Part shown: positions 1-9,371 of the stretch, piece after piece
How the letters are laid out: each line of letters begins with the position of its first letter
Numbering within the stretch: position 1 is the first letter of the stretch
NCBI GenBank assembly: GCA_965222075.1
Contig: OZ244937.1
Location: 4,416,001 to 4,480,000 of the forward strand
DNA length: 64,000 nucleotides
Origin: Candidatus Latescibacterota bacterium
GTDB lineage: Bacteria; Latescibacterota; UBA2968; GCA-2709665
Reading direction: 5' to 3'
Program-made: the position numbers and the translations under genes
Notes under the pieces: model-generated
What the model saw: only the letters and a program-made list of their open reading frames with translations
What the model was told of the DNA's origin: nothing
Databases searched by the model: none

Positions 1-1
1 C

Positions 2-259
2 CGGTTTGCTTGGTGGCCCCTTCATCCGGCTGGGCTGGCCATTTCGGGGTCGTTTCTGGCCCGGCGGACGAGCCTCACAATTCTTATGGCCTGGCTGATC
101 AAATGGGTGACCGTAAAGGTCGGCGGCGCATCGGCTTATCAGAAATCCCGACCGCTGTTCCTGGGATTGCTTGTCGGCTATGTCATGGGGGTTGTGTTTT
201 CGCTCCTCATCGATCTGATCTGGTTTCCGGAACTGGGACACATGGTCCACCGGCTCTGA
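2..259 (+). CDS. 3' end of DUF6785/DUF6784-family polytopic membrane protein (partial, runs off window)
   Basis: Frame 2 reads RFAWWPLHPAGLAISG...AWLIKWVTVKVGGASAYQKSRPLFLGLLVGY...WFPELGHMVHRL*, colinear with the C-terminus of 12214..14202 (WWPVHPIGFAIAG...RFRPLFVGLLSGY...WFRGQGHWIHLY). Not in the ORF track. Confidence 0.8.
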   Translation, partial: RFAWWPLHPAGLAISGSFLARRTSLTILMAWLIKWVTVKVGGASAYQKSRPLFLGLLVGYVMGVVFSLLIDLIWFPELGHMVHRL

Positions 260-298
260 GTGGAGCGGACGGGGCCCTGTCCACGGGAGGAGGGCAAG

Positions 299-968
299 TT
301 GGATACATCAGGCATCACCTACGAAGGCAGGACATGTGAAGCGCTGGGCATGGCGCTCGGCGGGCTGGGCACGTCCACACTGGAAATCGGCCGCAACGGC
401 GCGTTTCAGAACCTGCGGTTGCAGAACGACTGGACCGGGGAGGTTCCCCCGACGCCGGAGGCGACCTTCCTCTCGGTTCACGCCCGAACGGCTTCCGGGA
501 AGGCTGCGGGACGTGTGCTGCAGCTCAAGGCCCCAGAAGGACTCGAGGCCGTAGACGGCCTCACCTACACGGGCCGGTTTCCGTTTGTGGAGATTGCGTA
601 CAGAGATGCGGACCTGCCCTGCAAGGTCGCGCTTGAGGCGTTCAGCCCGTTTGTGCCGCACGATGCGGGTTCGAGTTCTGTTCCAGTTATCTTCTTCACC
701 TTCCGCCTTCGCAACGCAGGGTCCGAACCTGTGAGGCCACCGCAGCGATGTCCTGGGTGAACGACATTGCCGTTGAGAGGCAGCGGCGGAGATGGCCGGC
801 GGCGGGCAACCGGAATACCGTGGTTGGAAACGGAGAACCGGCTGTGCTGATGGAGACGCGGGTGGAGGAGCTTGAGGGGTCGGAATACCTTCTGGCATGT
901 CTGCCGCGGCGGAAGGGGTTCGGTACAGCAGGGTGTCGGACTGGTGGAAAGGACCGGAGGGACGCTGG
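299..968 (+). pseudogene. GH116 (beta-glucosidase/glucosylceramidase) N-terminal domain relic, two frameshifts, truncated
   Basis: GMALGGLGTSTLEIGRNG and EAFSPFVPHDAGSSSVPV are GH116-N motifs; reading continues via frames 260..760, 748..996 and 897; no catalytic domain follows. Confidence 0.65.
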
Positions 969-2417
969 ATGGGGCCGAATGTCGTGTTCATTATGACTGA
1001 CGAGCAGAATCTGAGGGGCCTTTCCTGTTACCGGGGAACGGTCTGTCAGACGCCGTCCGTTGACCGTCTGGCCGCAGAGGGGGTGCTGTTTGAGAGGGCC
1101 TATTGTTCGTACCCCGTTTGCATGCCTTCAAGAGCGGCGTTTATGACGGGACGCTACCCTCATGTGAACGGGGTCAGGTCCAATGGTATCCCCTTGCCCG
1201 AGCGAGAGACCAGCCTGCCCGAAGTATTCAGGGCAGCAGGTTATACCACAGCCCTGTGCGGGAAGGACCACTGCTTTCCAGCAAAGACCCGGTCGTCGGT
1301 GTTTGATTACGCCTTCACGGCCATGCATTTTGGGATCCTGGACGAGATTCCCGCGGATTTTCCAGAGGGGGCGCGGGAGGTCAACCAGTACTACCAGGAT
1401 CTGCGGCCGAAGGCGTACTCTCCTTTCGGGCACGGCGTCATCCCCTTTCCCCCCGGGGTTTGCGACGCGGGTTTGATTACCGAGGCTGCCGTGCGCTTTG
1501 TGGAGCGGGCCGGGCGTTCCCCGTTTTTCCTCTGGCTTTCCTACCCGGGCCCCCATTGGCCTTTTACCTGTCCGGAAGCCTATGAATCCTTCTGCCCGCC
1601 CGAGAAGGTGGATATGCCTCCCGAAGACGATCTGTCCACCAAGCCGGAGTGCCAGGAGGTGGCACGGCGGCTGTTGGGCCTGGATAAGGCGAGCGAGGAC
1701 GATTTCCGCAAGATCATATCCCTCTATTATGGGAACTGTCGATACATCGACGATCAGATCGGGCGTTTTCTCGAGAAGCTTGCCGCACTGGGCCTGGAGG
1801 AGGACACCCTGGTGGTTTTTGTGAGCGACCACGGGGACTATCTGGGCGAACACGGCCTGATGCACAAATCGCCGGCTGCTTACGATGCACTGACGCGGAT
1901 TCCTTTTGTGTGGCGGTGGCCGGGACATATTCGTTCGGGGGAGTGCTGCAGCGAGCTGGTGGAAGAGATCGATTTTCTGCCCACTGTGCTCGATCTGTGC
2001 GGTCTGGAGGTACCCCGGGGCGTGCAGGGGGTCAGCCACGCCCGGGCGCTGCTGGGCAACGAGCCTTTTTACGCCCGGGAAGCGTGTTTTGCCGAATGCG
2101 GGGTTGAGGGCAGGGCGCCTGCGCTTGAGGACCTCAAGGAGGGCGATCTGCCCGAGAGCCCCTACTCGCAGTGGGCGCCGGGCGCAGTGGGCGCCGATTA
2201 CTGGAACGGCCGGCTCAAGATGGTTCGCACACACAGATGGAAGCTGGTGTATTACAGCAGGGGAGAGGGCGAGCTTTACGATATGGAGAACGATCCCTGG
2301 GAGCTCAATAATCTCTACCGTTCCCCCGATCACCAGGAGATCGTGCTGGATCTTAAAGAGCGGCTGCTCCGGTGGACAATGGACAGCGAAGATACTCTGC
2401 CTCCGTTGAATCGCTGA
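969..2417 (+). CDS. Sulfatase (formylglycine-dependent, S1)
   Basis: PNVVFIMTDEQ, CMPSRAAFMTGRY (CxPxR), GKDH, SDHGD motifs; GGAGG at 956-960 supports ATG 969 rather than 897. Confidence 0.92.
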   Translation: MGPNVVFIMTDEQNLRGLSCYRGTVCQTPSVDRLAAEGVLFERAYCSYPVCMPSRAAFMTGRYPHVNGVRSNGIPLPERETSLPEVFRAAGYTTALCGKDHCFPAKTRSSVFDYAFTAMHFGILDEIPADFPEGAREVNQYYQDLRPKAYSPFGHGVIPFPPGVCDAGLITEAAVRFVERAGRSPFFLWLSYPGPHWPFTCPEAYESFCPPEKVDMPPEDDLSTKPECQEVARRLLGLDKASEDDFRKIISLYYGNCRYIDDQIGRFLEKLAALGLEEDTLVVFVSDHGDYLGEHGLMHKSPAAYDALTRIPFVWRWPGHIRSGECCSELVEEIDFLPTVLDLCGLEVPRGVQGVSHARALLGNEPFYAREACFAECGVEGRAPALEDLKEGDLPESPYSQWAPGAVGADYWNGRLKMVRTHRWKLVYYSRGEGELYDMENDPWELNNLYRSPDHQEIVLDLKERLLRWTMDSEDTLPPLNR

Positions 2418-2489
2418 GTCCAACCAGTGATAAGTCCTACGAAAAAGCGGTTGAGAATCGAGACGTCTCACACAAGATACGGAGAGGAG

Positions 2490-3845
2490 ATGCTGATGGG
2501 AAAGCTGGCATTGACGGGCGGTCCGAAGGCGGTGACGCTTGACAGGAGGAAGTTCACCGTTCCCCCTGTGAGCGAGGAGGCGATTGCGGCGGTGGTGGAG
2601 CTGATGCGCAAGGGCGAGACCTCCGTTTCGCCATCGGTCGCCGAGTTCGAATGCGAGTTTGCCGATTATATCGGCTGCGAATACGCACTGGCGCTTACCA
2701 GCGGCACGGCGGCGCTTCACACGGCCCTGTTCGCGGCCGGCGTGGGGCCAGGCGATGAGGTTATTGTTCCCTCCTACACATTCCCTACTACAGCGACGAC
2801 GGTGCCACCTCTGGGGGGAATTGCCGTCTTCGCCGATGTGGACCGCGATACGATGAACCTGGATCCCGCGGACATCGAGCGAAAGATTACGGGGCGGACC
2901 CGCGCGATCGTGGTCTGCCACGTCTGGGGCAATCCTGCGGACATGGAGCCGATTCTGGCGCTGGCGCGCCCACGGGAGATCGCCGTGATTGAGGACTGCT
3001 CGCACGCCCACGGTGCCACCTGGCAGGGGAAGAAGGTCGGTGCCGTGGGCGATGTCGGCTGTTTCAGTTGCCAGGGCTCCAAGCTGGTTGCGGCGGGCGA
3101 GGGCGGCGTGCTCACGACGAACGACCGCGACCTGTACGAGCGGGCCATCCTGCTGGGCCGCTCGGAGAAGCGTGCCGAAATCCGCGACGAGTCCTGGACG
3201 AAGCGCTTCGCCTTTACCGGGGTGGGCTTCAAGTACCGGCCCCACCCGCTGGGCATCGCAATCGCCCGCGAGCAGCTTCGCCACCTGGATGAAATGAACG
3301 AAATCCGCGACCGCAACGGTGCGGCCCTGGACGCCGGGCTGGCCGATGTGGCAGATGTGGCGCCCCAGCGGGTGCTTCCGGGCTGCCGGCGCGTGTACGC
3401 CTACCACTACATGCGGTATGATCCGGACAAGCTTGGTGGGGTATCGATTGAGGCCTTCCTGCGGGCGCTCGCAGCGGAGGGTGTGGGCACCGGCCGAATC
3501 GGGTACGGACGTTTGCACGGGAATCCGCTTTTCACGGAGGGATTCCCCTACGGTACGGAGCGTACGGCGTCGAGCGTGCTGGGGCAGGAGGCGCCGGAGT
3601 TCGCGAATGGACCGCTTCCGGTGACGGAACATCTCAGAGAGTATACCTTCCACGCGGCTCCCCGGCTCGAAACGGAGTGCCGGGAACTGATCAACCAGTA
3701 TCTGGATGCCTACCACAAGGTGGCTTCGGCCGCCGATGAACTCCTGGCTTACGAGAGGGAGCACGGCGGCAAGGCGCACAGGGCCCAGGCGAGCGCGCTG
3801 AGCGTGAACCCCGTCACTGCCCCGTCCGAAGGCGCCCGGAGGTGA
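2490..3845 (+). CDS. DegT/DnrJ/EryC1/StrS PLP-dependent sugar aminotransferase
   Basis: SGTAALH, IEDCSHAHG, FSCQGSKLV.AGEGG motifs; purine-rich RBS before ATG 2490/2496. Confidence 0.9.
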   Translation: MLMGKLALTGGPKAVTLDRRKFTVPPVSEEAIAAVVELMRKGETSVSPSVAEFECEFADYIGCEYALALTSGTAALHTALFAAGVGPGDEVIVPSYTFPTTATTVPPLGGIAVFADVDRDTMNLDPADIERKITGRTRAIVVCHVWGNPADMEPILALARPREIAVIEDCSHAHGATWQGKKVGAVGDVGCFSCQGSKLVAAGEGGVLTTNDRDLYERAILLGRSEKRAEIRDESWTKRFAFTGVGFKYRPHPLGIAIAREQLRHLDEMNEIRDRNGAALDAGLADVADVAPQRVLPGCRRVYAYHYMRYDPDKLGGVSIEAFLRALAAEGVGTGRIGYGRLHGNPLFTEGFPYGTERTASSVLGQEAPEFANGPLPVTEHLREYTFHAAPRLETECRELINQYLDAYHKVASAADELLAYEREHGGKAHRAQASALSVNPVTAPSEGARR

Positions 3846-3849
3846 ATCT

Positions 3850-4272
3850 GTGGACACTGTTAATGGCAAAAAACCCGGAATCCGATTCAGCGGACGCAAA
3901 GCTCATCAAGGGGGCGCCTATCCTGCACCTGCTGTCAGAGGTAGGGATCAGCATCTAATGGCGCTTCACCAGTGCCCTCCTCCCAGAGGTGGAACGTACG
4001 ATCCGGGGTGGCTGGCGGGGATGACGCTGGACCCGGCGGCGGTGTACGAGGCCTGGTGCAACCAGCGGGGTTACGTCTGCTTCATCCAGGAGCTGCACGG
4101 TCGGAAGGTGACGGCAGGGGACACGCTTGGGGCCGCCTACGTGGTGGGGTATTTCGATTCGGTAGAGGAGATGAACGAGGTCTACGACCACTACCGGGGG
4201 GCGCGGTCGATTGCCGTGGATGAGAAAGGTTTTGTGTTCTTGGAAGAGGTCCCGCAGGGTGAAGGGCGCTGA
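3850..4272 (+). pseudogene. Chimeric ORF; last ~85 aa look like the C-terminal fragment of a hypothetical protein
   Basis: First ~50 codons look non-coding; from ~4008 the codon usage is gene-like (LAGMTLDPAAVYEAWCNQRGYVCFIQE). Confidence 0.45.
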
Positions 4273-4317
4273 CCATCCATACTGTGCCACATGGAATGGT
4301 AGAAAAAGGGGAAGGCC

Positions 4318-5343
4318 ATGGCAGAGATCGTGGTGGGATTCGAAGGGAGCTGCCCACACAGCCCGGAAGGCGTTTGCGAGGAAGGAGAGAACCGATTTCG
4401 GATCCTTCCTTCCTGGCGGCCCAGCCCCGGCATCAGCGAGGAGGCCGTGGGGCGCAGCACGCGGCTGGGGTTCAGAGTAGTCAATAAGTCGCACGAGGCC
4501 GAGGCGGTCGAGTTGCTGATTGACTATCAGTATGATGACGCGCCGCAGGACGCATCAACGTCCAACAGCCGTGAGCAGTATATGTCCTACCGGGACTTTG
4601 TGGTGGTGAGGGAACCCGGCGAAGCGAACTGGCGCACGGTGATGGGGGACGTGGAGGGCACTGTGGCCACGTTCCAGGTTACGGTGCCACCGGGGGAGAC
4701 CGAGATCCACTGGCACCCGCCGTATACGTACTCGCAGAGCGAGGCCCTTGTGGCGTCTCTGCGCGATCATCCGCTGGTGCAGGTGGAGCCGATTGGGAAG
4801 AGCGAGGAGGGCCGCAACCTGTGGATGTTGAGGATCACCGATGCATCGACGCGGCCCAAGAAGCCCGCGATGATCGTGGATCGGTTCCACGCCTATGAAA
4901 GCGCGGCGAGCTATACGATGGAGGGTATGGTTCAATGGCTGCTGAGCGGTGAGCCGTGGGCCGTGGCGGCATTACGGACCTATGTCTTCCACGTGATTCC
5001 GATGGCCAACCCGGACGGCGTGGTAAATGGTATGGGTAGGTTGACGGCCCCGCAGGGGGCCGACCTGGTGTTCTGGCCGGCAACAGCGGACAGCACGCAC
5101 CGGGCCATCGTGGAGGCGACGGACCGTGTGAGGCCCAAACTGCATGTGACCCTCCACAACTGGCAGAACAAATTGATCTGCGAAACAGGAGTGTACAATG
5201 GCGAAACTGAAAGCGGCACTGATCGGATGTGGCGGGCGTGGACGGGCGCATGGGCTGGGCTATGGGGCGTCGGAAGGTGTCGATCTGGTGGCCTGTGCCG
5301 ATGTGAACCGGCCCACGGCGGAGCTGCGGGCAGAGGAATTTGA
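4318..5343 (+). pseudogene. M14 zinc carboxypeptidase-like protein, truncated at ~5175
   Basis: IGKSEEGRNL, HAYE (HxxE), PMANPDG and LH zinc ligand present; the tail runs out of frame over the start of the next gene. Confidence 0.6.
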
Positions 5344-6772
5344 GGCTTCGGGCGTGTACGGTGACTACCGCGAGATGCTGGATCGGGAAAAGCCGGAGGT
5401 GGTGAGCGTCTGTCTGTGGACGAAGCTGCATTACGACGCGGTGATGGCGTGTGTGGAGGCTGGCGTGAAGCTGATCAACTGCGAGAAGCCGATGGCGCCC
5501 ACATGGGGCGAGTCCCGCCGGATGCATGAGACCTGTGAAAAGGTAGGCGTGCTGATGACCTTCAGCCACCAGACGCGCTACGGGCCGTCGTTCGAGAAAG
5601 TGCGTGAGTTGGTACAGGAAGGCGCAATCGGGGACTTGATCCGCATCGAGGGCTGCGGCTCCAATCTGTTCGATCTGGGGACGCACCGGTTCGACCGGAT
5701 GTTCTTTTACAACGACGATCAGCCGGTCGAATGGGTGATGGGCCAGGTGAATTGCGCGGAGGACAAAAGGGTGTTCGACGTGCCGGTGGAGACGCACGGG
5801 GTCTCGTTCGTTGGATGGGAGAACGGGGTGACGGGCCTGCTGGTGACGGGGCACGCCAACCCGGTTCAGGACCGGTTGATCGGGTCGGAGGGCATCATTG
5901 AAAATGGCCCCCGGGGTGGGGTGCGAATGCTGCGCAGGGGTCAGTCAGATTGGGCGGTTCCGGAGATCAACCCTGTGGATTTGCCGGGACGGGAGACGGC
6001 GCTGTACATCTTAGATGCGATCGAATGGCTGGAGACGGGGAAGGAGTCGTGGACGTCGAGCCGGAAGGCCCTGCAGGCCACGGAGCTGATTTTTGCGACC
6101 TACGAGTCGGCGAGGCGGCGGGCACGGGTTGAATTGCCGCTGGAGATCGAGGATTCGCCGCTGCTGAGCATGCTCGAAAGGGGTGAGATTGCCATTCCCG
6201 ATTATCCTGCACGCCTGTTGGAGGAGGAAGCGTCGGACGGATACCGGTTGCTGTTCAATGGTAAGGACCTTTCCGGGTGGAAGGTCATCGGCCCGGAAGG
6301 CGCCTGGGGCGTTGAGAAAGGGTTGCTGGCATGCAATGGAAAAGGACGGGGGTGGATCCGGCCGGAAGGGACGTATAAGGATTTCATCTTGCGATTGGAC
6401 TACCGGATCAGCCCGCGCGGGAACAGTGGGATTTTCATTCGGACGATTGAGGAGGGGCGCCCGGCCTACCAGGGGATGGAGATTCAGTTGTTGGACGACT
6501 GCCGGAGCCCGATCACGGAGAAGTCGACCGGGGCGATTTACGACGCGGTGGTGCCCACACAGGAAGCGGCCCGGCCAGCCGGCAACTGGAACCAGATCGA
6601 GGTCTCTTGCCAGGGGCCGACCGTGCGCGTGGTGCTGAACGGGCGGGAGATCGTGAATTGCGACACGTCGGCGCATCCGGCGTTGAAAGATAGGCTGAAG
6701 TCCGGATTGATCGGGCTTCAGAACCAGAACAGCCCGATCAAGTTTCGGAATATCCGGATCAAGGTGCTGTAA
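5198..6772 (+). CDS. Gfo/Idh/MocA oxidoreductase fused to C-terminal DUF1080 (3-keto-disaccharide hydrolase-like) domain
   Basis: IGCGGRG Rossmann motif and CEKP; C-terminal LLFNGKDLSGW, GNSGIFIR, EIQLLD, WNQIEV, GLQN, FRNIRIK. Confidence 0.88.
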   Translation: MAKLKAALIGCGGRGRAHGLGYGASEGVDLVACADVNRPTAELRAEEFEASGVYGDYREMLDREKPEVVSVCLWTKLHYDAVMACVEAGVKLINCEKPMAPTWGESRRMHETCEKVGVLMTFSHQTRYGPSFEKVRELVQEGAIGDLIRIEGCGSNLFDLGTHRFDRMFFYNDDQPVEWVMGQVNCAEDKRVFDVPVETHGVSFVGWENGVTGLLVTGHANPVQDRLIGSEGIIENGPRGGVRMLRRGQSDWAVPEINPVDLPGRETALYILDAIEWLETGKESWTSSRKALQATELIFATYESARRRARVELPLEIEDSPLLSMLERGEIAIPDYPARLLEEEASDGYRLLFNGKDLSGWKVIGPEGAWGVEKGLLACNGKGRGWIRPEGTYKDFILRLDYRISPRGNSGIFIRTIEEGRPAYQGMEIQLLDDCRSPITEKSTGAIYDAVVPTQEAARPAGNWNQIEVSCQGPTVRVVLNGREIVNCDTSAHPALKDRLKSGLIGLQNQNSPIKFRNIRIKVL

Positions 6773-6801
6773 CCGTTGCGGCGAAGGGAAGGAGATCAAC
6801 C

Positions 6802-6866
6802 GTGAGCAATACCCGGCCGAATATCCTGTATATTATGTCCGACGCCACGCGTCGCACGCGATGAGC
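6802..6866 (+). pseudogene. Sulfatase 5' stub
   Basis: AAGGAG RBS, then GTG...MSNTRPNILYIMSD, frameshift, HASHAMS, then the gene stops. Confidence 0.6.
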
Positions 6867-6917
6867 CCTACGAAAAAGAGGATTAGCTGCAATCAGCACA
6901 GCAAGGAGGTGTTCCTG

Positions 6918-7824
6918 ATGAACGAAGTCGAGATGTGGAAAAGCCTCATCATGTTGGGCGTGGTCTGCCTGCCGGTGGTGATTCTCTTCCTGAGCAGTGC
7001 TGTGGCATCCGCCCAGCCCCGCACCCTGTACAAACCCAAGGATGTTCAGAACGCTCGCGAGAACCTCAAACGGTATCCGTGGGCGCAGGAAATCGTGGAA
7101 GGCTGGAAACGCAGCGTGGACGCCGTGATGCAGCAGGATAGGAAGTTTCTGGAGGAGATCATCCCCACGTTCACTCCAACCACCCACTACAATCTGACCT
7201 GCCCGGCGTGCGTGGGCAAGCAGTCCCGGATGGGCCGGGCGCAGTTTTCCTGGGGCGGGCCGGAGGCCCCAGAAGAGGTTACGTGCAATGATTGCGGTAC
7301 GACGTATCCGAATGAAGCGTACCCGGAGACCGGCGTGCTGGAGTTGCCGAGGATGGGACAGACCATCCCGTACTACGAGACGCCCGGTGAGCGGGAGCAT
7401 CCCGAGGAACGGGCGAAGTACGCGTTTACGACCGCTCCGGGACAACCGATGATGACGAGTTTCAGCGGGCTGGCCCGGCTCTACAGAGCCCGGTGGGCGG
7501 CAGGACAGGCCCTGATGCTGGCCAAGCTATATGTGCTGACCGGCGAGACGGCCTGCGTGGAGCGGTGCGTGTGGATCCTGGACCGGTTTGTGCAGGACGT
7601 TCCACCTGGCCGAGCCGCTGCCGTCCGGGCTGGCTGTCAGAGGGTCGTATTTGCTGGCGCGTGGGCCTTCGAGGAAATATGGGGACCATCACGCTCCCCC
7701 ACCTCAAACCGGTTTTGAGATCGAGTCGAGTACAGGGAATTCGATCACGGTGCGGGACTACCCCGTGTTCGAGTGCGATGAGATCACGCTGTTGAACTCG
7801 AAATGGCTCTGGCTCGAACCGTAA
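6918..7824 (+). pseudogene. Secreted heparinase II/III-like large protein, internally deleted
   Basis: AAGGAGGT RBS, signal peptide, N-terminal ~225 aa with CPAC and CxxCG motifs, joined out of frame at ~7590 to a ~75-aa C-terminus (7588..7824). Family call tentative. Confidence 0.5.
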
Positions 7825-7950
7825 TCACAGCACAGAATGGGCATGGTGGACGCCCGGCTGCGACTGTGGCCCGGGGAATTGCCGGGGTATCTCTTTTCCT
7901 GCAAGGGGGTGCAGCGCATAGCGCTGCCGAAGGCAGGGAGGATTTTGAAT

Positions 7951-9306
7951 ATGGCTCAAAACGTTTCTGAACGCCCAAACGTTCTCGTATTTTTCACGGA
8001 TCAGCAGAGGTGGGATACTACGGGGGTGCACGGCAATCCGATGGGGCTGACTCCCAACTTTGACGCTATGGCCCGGCGGGGGACGCACGCTGCCTATTCG
8101 TTTACCTGTCAGCCGGTCTGCGGGCCGGCCCGGTCCTGTTTGCAGACGGGGTTGTACGCCACGACGACGGGTTGCTTCAAGAACGGCGTTCCCCTCCCAC
8201 AGGATGCACGGACCCTGGCCCACCACTTCCGGGATGTCGGGTATACGACCGGCTATATCGGGAAGTGGCATCTGGCGGGTGAAGAGCCGGTGCCCGAAGC
8301 AAAACGGGGTGGATATGAGTACTGGCTGGCATCGAACGCCCTGGAGGGCACGTCCGATGCCTACGATACGGTGATGTACGACAGCGAGAACCGGGCGGTG
8401 AAGCTGCCCGGGTACCGGGTGGACGCGCTGACAGACGCGGCCATCCGCTATATCGACGTCCAACAGTCGGAACCGTTTTTCCTTTTTGTTTCGTACTTAG
8501 AGCCGCACCACCAGAACCGCTGGGACGATTATCCTCCGCCGGACGGGTACCGGGAACGCTATACCGGGGGGTGGATGCCGCCCGACCTTGCGGGGCTGGG
8601 CGGCTCGGCCCACCAGCACCTGGGGGGATACTACGGGATGGTGAAGCGGCTGGATGAGGCGCTGGGACGGATTTTGGACGCTTTGAAGAGCCTGGGGTTG
8701 ACGAAGAAGACCGTGGTACTGTTTACCTCAGACCACGGATGCCATTTCAAGACGCGGAATGCAGAATACAAGCGTTCCTGCCACGAGAGTTCGATCCGGG
8801 TGCCCACCGCGCTTCAGGGCCCGGGGTTCGACGGCGGAGGACAGATCCAGCAACTCGTGAGTCTGGTCGACCTGCCGGCAACGCTGCTGGACGCGGCGGG
8901 AATACCGGTGCCGGCGGAGATGGAGGGTCGGTCGATCCTGCCACTGACCAGGGGGCAGACCGATGGGTGGCCTGAAGAGGTTTTCGTCCAGATCAGCGAG
9001 GCGCAGGTGGGGCGGGCCGTGCGGACCCACCGCTGGAAGTACGGGGTGGACGCTCCGGACAAACACGGGGGGCGCGATCCGAACTCCGAGCGATATGTCG
9101 AGCAATATCTGTACGATCTGGAGGCCGACCCGTACGAGTTGGCCAACCTGATCGGCGCGGAGTCTCACCGGGAGGTGGCGGCGGTGATGCGAGAGCGTCT
9201 GATCCGGCGGATGACAGAGATCGGGGAGGCAGCGCCCACGATCGAGTCGGCACCCTCCCATCGAATGGGGCAGAGACGGGTACCGCCGGAAGTGATCGGG
9301 AGCTAA
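7951..9306 (+). CDS. Sulfatase (S1)
   Basis: RPNVLVFFTDQQR, CGPARSCLQTG, GKWHL, SDHG; GGAGG RBS before ATG 7951. Confidence 0.92.
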   Translation: MAQNVSERPNVLVFFTDQQRWDTTGVHGNPMGLTPNFDAMARRGTHAAYSFTCQPVCGPARSCLQTGLYATTTGCFKNGVPLPQDARTLAHHFRDVGYTTGYIGKWHLAGEEPVPEAKRGGYEYWLASNALEGTSDAYDTVMYDSENRAVKLPGYRVDALTDAAIRYIDVQQSEPFFLFVSYLEPHHQNRWDDYPPPDGYRERYTGGWMPPDLAGLGGSAHQHLGGYYGMVKRLDEALGRILDALKSLGLTKKTVVLFTSDHGCHFKTRNAEYKRSCHESSIRVPTALQGPGFDGGGQIQQLVSLVDLPATLLDAAGIPVPAEMEGRSILPLTRGQTDGWPEEVFVQISEAQVGRAVRTHRWKYGVDAPDKHGGRDPNSERYVEQYLYDLEADPYELANLIGAESHREVAAVMRERLIRRMTEIGEAAPTIESAPSHRMGQRRVPPEVIGS

Positions 9307-9371
9307 CCAAGCGCTGGGCCCGCGCTCAGCATTTCAGAAAGAGGGATATTCAAACCTGAGGAGGGTGTGCA

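Noticed and set aside
1128-3899. 923-aa minus-strand ORF and other long antisense ORFs (e.g. 12325..13842, 20761..22125)
   Set aside because: Shadow frames of well-supported high-GC genes; no motifs or RBS.
9300-9330. GCTAACCAAGCGCTG at the sulfatase stop (and GTCCAAC at 2418) resembling integron attC R'' ends
   Set aside because: No complementary GTTRRRY arm at attC distance, no cassette array and no integrase.
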